15,335 bases of DNA from an uncultured Myxococcales bacterium (GTDB lineage Bacteria; Myxococcota; UBA4151): NCBI GenBank assembly GCA_964013405.1, contig CAXGWI010000087.1, positions 1 through 15,335 on the forward strand. Reading direction: 5' to 3'. The translations under genes and the position numbers were made by a program. The notes beneath the pieces were generated by a model. It worked only from the letters and a program-made list of their open reading frames with translations. It searched no databases and was not told the origin of the DNA. Within the stretch, counting starts at the first letter, position 1, and every line of letters starts with the position of its first letter. This document shows, in pieces, positions 1 through 7,292 of this stretch.

Positions 1-932
1 CGGTTGGCCGTCTCCCAGTCCAACAGGCGTTCCCCTTCACCATCGGGCAGAGCGAACAACAGCACCACCGCCGCAAGCGCCACCGTGCTATCGCCAACTC
101 CACTGATGCCAAAGAGGCCGGTCCAGCCACCAAAGGGTTCGCTACGGGTCACCCAAGCAAGAGCGGTCAAACCAAAGACGATGAGCACCCGAGCCTCCGG
201 CGGACGCCAAGGCCCGGGGCTCGGCAGTTGCAGTGGACTGCCTTTGCCAAGGCTGCGGGTGATCCACCACCACGCGATGGGAAGTAAAACGATGACGACG
301 GGCAGGGCGAGCCCCATCCACTGAGCGAAGGAGATCTCCTGCCCAGTGCTCTCTTTGTAGAGGCCGAGAAAGACCACGTTGGGCGGTGTTCCCACCGGTG
401 TACCCATGCCCCCGATGCTCGCGGCCCAGGCCAAGCCCACCAGCAAGGCGAATGCAAAGCCCGGTTCATCGCGCTCTTGGATCACCGCCAAGGCCACGGG
501 CAAAAGCATCAGCGTCGTCGCCGTATTGGAGATCCACATAGATAAAAAAGCCGAGGAGACCATGAAGCCGAGGATGACCCGGGGGCCACTGTGCCCTCCC
601 ACCAAGCGAACAATCCACAAGGCGACCCTGCGGTGCGCACCGCTCTTCTCCATCGCCGTGCTCAAGATAAAGCCACCGAGAAGCAAGAGGATGAGGTGGT
701 GGCCGTAAGCCGACGCGACCTCTTTGTGATTGAGCACGCCGGCCACCGGCAGAAGGACAAAGGGCAACAGGCTCGTGATGGGAATGGGGAGGGGCTCGAG
801 AATCCACCAGACGGCACACCAGACGGTGATCGCAGCCGTCCACTGTGCGGGGGAATCGAGACCCGCCATATGGGCCCCGAGGGCGGCCAGCAGCGCAAGC
901 CCCGGACCCAAAAACATCGCCACTCTTTTCAT
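1..932 (-). CDS. DASS/SLC13 family divalent anion:Na+ symporter (dicarboxylate/sulfate), 3'-truncated by the window edge
   Basis: Absent from the ORF track because it has no stop in the window. My manual translation from ATG 932 gives MKRVAMFLGPGLALL...WWILEPLPIPITSLLP...LLLGGFILSTAMEKSGAHRRVAL...FLSMWISNTATTLMLLP...AASIGGMGTPVGTPPNVVF...LLDWETAN. SNTAT and GTPVGTPPN are DASS hallmark motifs. Confidence 0.93.
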   Translation of the reverse strand, partial: MKRVAMFLGPGLALLAALGAHMAGLDSPAQWTAAITVWCAVWWILEPLPIPITSLLPFVLLPVAGVLNHKEVASAYGHHLILLLLGGFILSTAMEKSGAHRRVALWIVRLVGGHSGPRVILGFMVSSAFLSMWISNTATTLMLLPVALAVIQERDEPGFAFALLVGLAWAASIGGMGTPVGTPPNVVFLGLYKESTGQEISFAQWMGLALPVVIVLLPIAWWWITRSLGKGSPLQLPSPGPWRPPEARVLIVFGLTALAWVTRSEPFGGWTGLFGISGVGDSTVALAAVVLLFALPDGEGERLLDWETAN

Positions 933-972
933 AGGCTGTTTGAGCCCCGTCTGGGGCCCTGGGGCAAGAACT

Positions 973-1001
973 TTGATCCGGCCGGCCGGTGGGTCTATTC
1001 T
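973..1001 (+). promoter_or_regulatory. Putative sigma70-type promoter for the FGE-fold gene
   Basis: TTGATC (973-978), a 17-nt spacer and TATTCT (996-1001), ending 9 nt before ATG 1011 in a divergent intergenic region. Confidence 0.45.
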
Positions 1002-1010
1002 TCCCTCACC

Positions 1011-1757
1011 ATGTCCTCGTTCCTTTCCACATCCCTCAGCTTGCTGCTCATGGCCCTTGTGAGCCTGACACCAACCGCAGCCGACACCAACTCGGCGGCG
1101 CCCCAGTCAGAGGCCAATGACAAAGCGGCCCCCACGCCACCTGCTCCAGACCTTCTGGAATGGGTCGTCGTGAACAAGAGCCTGGAAGCCAGTCGTAGCG
1201 AGGTCACGGTGAAAGCCTATCGGGCCTGTGTCGATGCGGGCGCCTGCGATGTTCCCGACGATGGGGGATACTGCAATTGGGGTCGAAGTGACCGAGATAA
1301 GCATCCCATCAACTGTGTGGATTGGTTTCAGGCCCGCCAGTTTGCCGCTTGGGTCGAGGGTCGACTACCGACCGCGAAGGAATGGGTTCAACTGACCGGA
1401 AAGAGCGCATTTCCATGGGGCGACACCGTGGCCACCTGCGACTATGCGGCCATGACCGAGCGGACCGAGCGTTGCGCTGGACCTGGAACCTCACCGGTTT
1501 GCTCCCATCCTATGGGCCACAGCAAACGGGGCCTCTGCGATCTCGCGGGGAACGTGTGGGAGTGGACAGACGATGGCCGAGAGCCAACTGCGGATGGTGC
1601 TCCCGAAGTCCTCCGTGAACAGTTGGCCATGGGCGGCGCCTACTACAGTATGGCTGACGAGTTAGGGCGAGCAGGCCGAATGTGGCGCCTTCCAGGCAAC
1701 CGGGGAACCGGCGGTATCGGTCTGCGCGTCCTGCGACCACGAGCATCGAAGCCCTAA
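1011..1757 (+). CDS. Secreted FGE-sulfatase (SUMF1-like, C-type-lectin fold) domain protein, probably non-catalytic
   Basis: Motifs EVTVKAYRACV, HPINCVDWFQA, RLPTAKEW, FPWG, DLAGNVWEW and GLRV are present. A hydrophobic signal peptide follows ATG 1011. The ORF-track start at 591 overlaps the DASS gene and was rejected. Confidence 0.88.
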   Translation: MSSFLSTSLSLLLMALVSLTPTAADTNSAAPQSEANDKAAPTPPAPDLLEWVVVNKSLEASRSEVTVKAYRACVDAGACDVPDDGGYCNWGRSDRDKHPINCVDWFQARQFAAWVEGRLPTAKEWVQLTGKSAFPWGDTVATCDYAAMTERTERCAGPGTSPVCSHPMGHSKRGLCDLAGNVWEWTDDGREPTADGAPEVLREQLAMGGAYYSMADELGRAGRMWRLPGNRGTGGIGLRVLRPRASKP

Positions 1758-1814
1758 GCCACTAAACCCTTCAGGATCAGGGGCCGTTCTCTGGAAACAC
1801 ATCCGGAGATCAGT

Positions 1815-3881
1815 TTGTCTCGGTTCATCCGTTTTTGCTTGGGTTTCGCCCTCTTCGCCTGCGCAGGCGAGGCTGCGGCGCGCCAGTGTAAACGGGCGAC
1901 GGCAGAGACCCAACTCAACGAAGCCAAGGCCCAACTCCATGCGGGTCAAAGCCGAGCCGCTGCGGCCAAATACCGGCGCTGCCTGCGGATTGACTCCGGT
2001 TGCCTGCCCTGCAGGCACGGCCTGGGCTGGGCCCTTTGGGCGCAGGCCGACTGGCAAGGGACGATCCGTGAATGGGAACAAGTGCTCAAAGAGCAGCCCG
2101 AGCATGAGGTCATCCTCAGATTTCTCCCCCGAGCTCGAGCCAGCCGAGATTGGGAGGCGGCCGAGATCCGGCCTGGGCTCGCCCGCTGGGTGCGCCTGCA
2201 AATGCCAGAGTCCCTGGCACCTAGCGACCGCTGTCCCCATCGAATGATCGAAAAGCACCGGCAACCCAAATTGGCGAGTTGGCAACGGCGCTCCCCCAAG
2301 AATGCCCATGTGCCAGAGAACCTACCGGCCGGTCAGCGCCATATCATTTCCCGTTCTGAATCCGGTCGGCTCGACGAAACCACCACGATGGGGGCAGATC
2401 TCATGACGCCCCCCTTCCAAGCCTTCGAAGGTCATGCCGATGACCTGGCCGCGATTCGTGCTGTCCTGACCAAAGCACAAAAGAAGGAAGGCATCACGCG
2501 CCTCGCATTTTGGGGTGCATCTCACGTGGAGGCCGATCACTTCACCGGCCGGGTTCGGCAAATTCTTCAAAGCCAATACGGTGATGGCGGCCACGGCTTC
2601 CTCCTGCCGGCCCGCCCCTTGACCTATTACCGAGGCCGGGATGTGGAGTTGTGCAGCACCGCCGCTTGGCGGGGCGACTACGTGAAAGGACAAGGTAGTG
2701 ATACCGGCGGACTTCTGGGGATGGGGGGCGCCACCGTCACCAGCGGGGACCCGGAGCAGTTTGGTTGGCTACAAACCACTCGCAAGGGTGACTACGGCCG
2801 TTCTGTTTCCCGGTTCGACCTCCACTTGCTGCACCAACCCGGCGGGGGGGGGCTCCTCGTCCAAATGGACAACCAAGAGCCCATCAGACTGACCACTGCC
2901 GGGGAGGCGCTACAGGCCGCCCTCTATCAGATTGAGATTAAAGATGGGCACCACCGCCTCATGGTTCGACCCGTCGGCGATGCCCCTGTCACGATTCTTG
3001 GGGCGAGCATGGAACGGGATGGTCCGGGGGTTGTGGTCGACGCCATGGGGATCCGAGGACGAACGGCTAGTACCTGGCTCCACTTCGAGCCCAAACTCCA
3101 AGCGGCGCTCCTCAGTTCACGGATGCCCGATCTGGCCGTCCTCGCCTATGGAACCAACGAAGCAAACATGAGGAGTCTAACCCACGAGCGCTATCGGGCC
3201 CAACTGACGCAGACCCTGGGACGGATGCGTCAGTTGATGCCGAAGACCCCCTGCCTGCTCATCGGGCCGAGCGATCGGGCAGTGCGCGATCGGCAGGGTC
3301 GCTGGCGCACATGGATACCCACCTATCAAGTGGCCCAAATCCAACGGGAAATTGCGCCGGAGTTCGGCTGTGGCTTCTGGGACCTGGCCCTGGCCACGGG
3401 GGGGCCTGACAGCATGGCCCAGTGGGTGGTTGCCGAGCCGCGCCTTGGCAACAGAGACCGCATTCACTTCACCCGAGCCGGTTACGAAGTGCTCGCTGAA
3501 CACTTTGTCCGGGCTCTTGAAACCGAAGCCGTGCCCCTCAACCTGCCAGACCCTCGAGCCGAAGTCGACGAACCAGACCGAGAGGCCGCGGCGCTACGCT
3601 TCGCCGCGGGGAAGCGCTATCAAGAGCGCCAACTGCATGCAGCTGCTGCGGCCCTCTTCGCCCGAGCTTGCCAGAAAGACCCGGCCCATCTCGAGGCGAT
3701 CTTCGAATGGGCGCGGAGCCTCACCCTCAGCGGCCGACACCAGGATGCGCTCACGGTCCTCGGTAGCCTCCGCCAAGCGAACTGCCCCCGTTGTCGGGAT
3801 TTGCTCGCCCGGGTTCGGGTCGATGCGGACTGGGAGTCGCTTCGATCACTGCCTGAGTTTCGCGCCCTCCGGCGCCCCTAG
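1815..3881 (+). CDS. Exported TPR-SGNH/GDSL-TPR protein, Ape1-like (peptidoglycan/polysaccharide O-acetylesterase family)
   Basis: TTG start with GGAG at 1805-1808 and a signal peptide with a possible lipobox (LFAC). SGNH blocks: GASH...YGDGGHGF, MGIRG, YGTNE, IGPSD, DRIH. TPR-like helices at both ends, finishing DADWESLRSLPEF. Confidence 0.85.
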   Translation: MSRFIRFCLGFALFACAGEAAARQCKRATAETQLNEAKAQLHAGQSRAAAAKYRRCLRIDSGCLPCRHGLGWALWAQADWQGTIREWEQVLKEQPEHEVILRFLPRARASRDWEAAEIRPGLARWVRLQMPESLAPSDRCPHRMIEKHRQPKLASWQRRSPKNAHVPENLPAGQRHIISRSESGRLDETTTMGADLMTPPFQAFEGHADDLAAIRAVLTKAQKKEGITRLAFWGASHVEADHFTGRVRQILQSQYGDGGHGFLLPARPLTYYRGRDVELCSTAAWRGDYVKGQGSDTGGLLGMGGATVTSGDPEQFGWLQTTRKGDYGRSVSRFDLHLLHQPGGGGLLVQMDNQEPIRLTTAGEALQAALYQIEIKDGHHRLMVRPVGDAPVTILGASMERDGPGVVVDAMGIRGRTASTWLHFEPKLQAALLSSRMPDLAVLAYGTNEANMRSLTHERYRAQLTQTLGRMRQLMPKTPCLLIGPSDRAVRDRQGRWRTWIPTYQVAQIQREIAPEFGCGFWDLALATGGPDSMAQWVVAEPRLGNRDRIHFTRAGYEVLAEHFVRALETEAVPLNLPDPRAEVDEPDREAAALRFAAGKRYQERQLHAAAAALFARACQKDPAHLEAIFEWARSLTLSGRHQDALTVLGSLRQANCPRCRDLLARVRVDADWESLRSLPEFRALRRP

Positions 3882-5821
3882 CGGCCAGCGACCTCCGCTT
3901 GGACCCATCGATAATGACGGACACGCCCTGGCCCGTCCAAGCGCAGCCAATCTTGGTACTGGGCGATGATGGCGTCAGCGAAAAGGTGGCCCATGGCCCG
4001 GTGCCCCCTTTTCGACACATGAATCAGATCGCTCCAACCGAGACGTTTCGCCCGCCATTTCGCCATTGACCCCTCGCCTCCCATGGCGAGCCATGTGTCC
4101 CAAAAGGCACAGCCCTCAGCGGCCGCAATCTCCCGAAGAAGGTCGATGGCCGGCGGCAACTTGGGTCGGGTGATGATCTGACCGCGATGCCGCTCCCCCT
4201 GATCCAAAGGCGAGATGACCAAGCAAGCTGCCTCGGGGGCACCGGCCTTGATCCGTTGAATGGTTTGCAGCGCCCGTTTTTTCCAGGACCGGCGGCTGAC
4301 ACTTGAGTCTGGATTCAAGCGCCCCACCATGTTGCCCGCGAGATTAAAGATCAGGAGATGGGGATCGCGCATCTTGACCTGACGGACGAGGTGATTGCGC
4401 TCCTGCTTTTTGAAACTACCAAACTCGGCACCCACCAAGGAGAGGTTGTCCAAGACGACACCCGACTGGCGCTTCTCCATGACCACGCCGTAGAGAGCGA
4501 CAGAGTCCCGTTGCCCCATGCGGAGGCGGAAGTGGGAACGAGGTGCATCGAAATCGTAGATCTCGCGCCGGTCGACCCGCCCTTGGGCATGGGTCTTAAT
4601 CTTCTCGAAGGCTTGGCCATCAACCTCGAGGCGCATCGTGCCGCCGCCACGCTGGCCCTGATAATAGAGCTCGAGCCGATGCACGCCATCCCGCTTGTCA
4701 CCGATGAGTCGAGGCGCAAAATCCACACTCGCCCGACCGCTATTCCGAGAGACGATACCCCCGAGACCGTAACGACCTCCGGGGGCAGGCGTCTTCCAAA
4801 TGGTTGGGCTCTTTTCCCAACTCCCCCGGCGACGATAAAGTAGGTGATCCCGTCGATTTTGCTGCTTGAAGTGACCGACCACCATGAAACCGGGCCCCCC
4901 ATCACCGAAGCGGTTCTGAAGGCGGTCCCGCAGCGTGGAGGTCACACCGTCCAGCGAGTTTGTTGAGTCACCAAAGAACGCGACACGGGCGTGACTAAGG
5001 CTATGGTCCAACTCTGCGACGCGCAGACGTTCAAAGAATGGATCCAGTGCGTAGCTGTTGAACAACTCGATCCGCCGAGGCTGACCGATCTTGCGGCGCG
5101 GCAGCGGTGTGGGCCGAAAAACCGGCTCGTCGAACAACTCCTGCTCAATATTGTTTTTCAGGGACGCCAACGCAACGGTCTTCACGACCGGCAAGTGGCC
5201 CGATTGGGCCGAGGGCGTCGCTGCGATCCCAAGGCCGGCCAACAGCACGCCAGGACGGGCTTCGGGCGTGGCCTCTTCAGCCGGAGGGACCTGATCGCAT
5301 CCAGCCTCTAAGCCCCGCAGCACACAGCTCCATTCGACGCTGAGCACCTTCCGTAGCACGGGGATCGGCTCCCCTTCGACCCAGGGTCGCTGGGCCTCGA
5401 AATGGTCGGATACGTAGGTGAGTCCACAGGCCACCAGGAAGCAGGCTGCGACCTTCGTGAGATGGGATAAAGCCCGCCGGTGCTGTTCATCGTCGCTGAG
5501 CGGTTCCGTGACGACCATCGGTGGCTGTGAAGCCGCTTCTTGGACTTGTACGGGGGCTGGCTCCAGAGGCTCCACCTCGGGCCCGACAACTGCTGGGACG
5601 ACCGCGGGCGCCGGCTCGGAAGAACCGGCCGGCTCCGGAAAGACGAGGACCTCCTCAATAGGCAACTGAGGTGGCAAAGAATCATCGGGAACCAGACGCA
5701 GGGATGGCGTCGATGGCCGCCGTAGATTCACGAGACCGCCAGGCAACACATCCCGGGCCACGACGACCCGACGTGTCTTCAACAAGGGGGGTCTGACCCT
5801 CTGTGGCGGATTAGAACTCAA
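3878..5821 (-). CDS. Membrane-anchored SGNH/GDSL protein (Ape1-like fold; candidate PatB-role O-acetyltransferase or esterase)
   Basis: Pro/Glu-rich N-terminus and one hydrophobic segment (VAACFLVACGLTYV). SGNH blocks FGDST...FGDGGPGF, SLVG, LAGN, ISPLD, SDLIH. The TTG start overlaps the MBOAT stop; the exact start is uncertain. Confidence 0.85.
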   Translation of the reverse strand: MSSNPPQRVRPPLLKTRRVVVARDVLPGGLVNLRRPSTPSLRLVPDDSLPPQLPIEEVLVFPEPAGSSEPAPAVVPAVVGPEVEPLEPAPVQVQEAASQPPMVVTEPLSDDEQHRRALSHLTKVAACFLVACGLTYVSDHFEAQRPWVEGEPIPVLRKVLSVEWSCVLRGLEAGCDQVPPAEEATPEARPGVLLAGLGIAATPSAQSGHLPVVKTVALASLKNNIEQELFDEPVFRPTPLPRRKIGQPRRIELFNSYALDPFFERLRVAELDHSLSHARVAFFGDSTNSLDGVTSTLRDRLQNRFGDGGPGFMVVGHFKQQNRRDHLLYRRRGSWEKSPTIWKTPAPGGRYGLGGIVSRNSGRASVDFAPRLIGDKRDGVHRLELYYQGQRGGGTMRLEVDGQAFEKIKTHAQGRVDRREIYDFDAPRSHFRLRMGQRDSVALYGVVMEKRQSGVVLDNLSLVGAEFGSFKKQERNHLVRQVKMRDPHLLIFNLAGNMVGRLNPDSSVSRRSWKKRALQTIQRIKAGAPEAACLVISPLDQGERHRGQIITRPKLPPAIDLLREIAAAEGCAFWDTWLAMGGEGSMAKWRAKRLGWSDLIHVSKRGHRAMGHLFADAIIAQYQDWLRLDGPGRVRHYRWVQAEVAGR

Positions 5822-7247
5822 AGTAGATAAACCCTTGATCCTTGACGGTGCCCATCAGCGAACAGGCCACACCAATCGCTAACAATGCAAGGCCTTGCAG
5901 CCACCAAGGGCTGCGAACGAAGTAATTCCGCACCGCACTGGAGAGCCGGTCCGGGGAGAAATGAACGGCGTAGCCGATGAGCATCACAAGCCATGGGGTC
6001 ATTCTATAGCGAGGCGGCGTGATTGTCAGGTTTGTGAGCGAGTCCCAAAAGCGCCAGGCCAAATCCAACTCACCAGCCCGGAACAGAATACGGGCCAAGA
6101 CGACGAAATGGAACGTGAGGAAGAAGCGCCAAAACCAGGCCCATGCGTTGGGCAGCGGATCGTCTGGGTCGGGACCACCCCGTCTTTTTAAGAAGCGGTT
6201 CACGCAAACCGCTGCGCCGTGGAGTACCCCGTAGAGAACAAAGGCCCAATCGGCTCCATGCCAGAGGCCAATCCCGATCAGCGTGAGGAAGATGTTGCGG
6301 TACACCACCAGGGTGTGGCGCTGGGAGCCCCCCAGGGGAAAGTAGACGTAGTGACGTAACCATAACGACAGCGTGATGTGCCAGCGACGCCAGAAGCCAG
6401 CGACGCTGGTGGCCTTATAGGGTCGACGGAAATTTTCCGGCAACTTGATGCCAAACAAGAGCCCGCTACCGATGGCAATATCGGTGTAGCCACTGAAATC
6501 GCAGTAGATCTGCAAGGTATAGGCGTAGAGTGCGATCATCAGTTCCAAGGAACTGAATGCGGATGGATCCACAAAGGCGCTATCTACCATTTGGGCGCCA
6601 AGAATGTCTGCGATCAGCAGCTTTTTGATGAAGCCGACTGCGATCCGATAGAGCCCCTCAGAGACGTCATCTCGGCGCAGCAGCTTGGGCACCTTCAGTT
6701 GGGGTAAGAGCTCCTGAGCCCGGACGATGGGGCCCGCGACCAGTTGGGGGAAGAAAGACAGGAACAAAGCAAAGCGTTTAAAGCTCCGCTCAACCTCCAT
6801 GCCTTTGGCCACATCCACCACGTAGGCGACCGCCTGGAAGGTGAAGAAGGAGATCCCGATCGGGAGGCGCACGCTCTCGGACTCAGCCTCGCCCGTGGCA
6901 ATCGATCCCCAGTCGAGTCCGACAAGGCCGATCAAACCGGCCAGGTTCTCCAAAATGAAGGTGCCATATTTGTAGTAAGCGAGGGGCGCGAACAGCAATA
7001 AAATGAGCAGCCACATTCGCCGTGTTCGGCCCGCTCCCTGCCCTTTTTGGATCCAGTTCCCACCATAAAACGCCGTCACGACCACGGCTACGAGGAGGGG
7101 GACCTCTAAGGGGTTCCACAGGCCATAACAAAGCAGGCTGAGGCCCAGTAAGGTGGTGAGACCATCGCGCCCTCGACTACGGACCAGCCAATAAACCAGC
7201 AGCGCCGCCGGCAGGAACAAGGTGTAATCAAAGGTAGAAAACAGCAC
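5811..7247 (-). CDS. patA: MBOAT family O-acetyltransferase (PatA/AlgI-like)
   Basis: MLFST start, LPIGISFFTFQ, FFPQLVAGPIVR, QIYCDFSGYTDIAIG, ENFRRPY, FWRRWHITLS, catalytic GLWHG and C-terminal FIYFEF motif. The patA symbol (versus algI) is tentative and rests on the neighbouring Ape1-like SGNH genes. Confidence 0.95.
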   Translation of the reverse strand: MLFSTFDYTLFLPAALLVYWLVRSRGRDGLTTLLGLSLLCYGLWNPLEVPLLVAVVVTAFYGGNWIQKGQGAGRTRRMWLLILLLFAPLAYYKYGTFILENLAGLIGLVGLDWGSIATGEAESESVRLPIGISFFTFQAVAYVVDVAKGMEVERSFKRFALFLSFFPQLVAGPIVRAQELLPQLKVPKLLRRDDVSEGLYRIAVGFIKKLLIADILGAQMVDSAFVDPSAFSSLELMIALYAYTLQIYCDFSGYTDIAIGSGLLFGIKLPENFRRPYKATSVAGFWRRWHITLSLWLRHYVYFPLGGSQRHTLVVYRNIFLTLIGIGLWHGADWAFVLYGVLHGAAVCVNRFLKRRGGPDPDDPLPNAWAWFWRFFLTFHFVVLARILFRAGELDLAWRFWDSLTNLTITPPRYRMTPWLVMLIGYAVHFSPDRLSSAVRNYFVRSPWWLQGLALLAIGVACSLMGTVKDQGFIYFEF

Positions 7248-7292
7248 GACGGAAGCTTCGCTCTCTTCGGTTTGGGGAACAAGCCCCGGTCA

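Noticed and set aside
591..1010. N-terminal extension of the FGE ORF given in the ORF track
   Set aside because: It is the antisense shadow of the DASS gene. The signal peptide and promoter-like motif point to ATG 1011.
1011..1757. Diversity-generating retroelement target (FGE-type CLec fold)
   Set aside because: No reverse transcriptase is in the window, and I saw no second copy (template repeat) of the 3' region. A remote DGR cannot be excluded.
1..1757. Sulfate/sulfatase module (DASS transporter plus FGE)
   Set aside because: The FGE-fold protein lacks the catalytic cysteines, no sulfatase is present, and the DASS substrate is undetermined.
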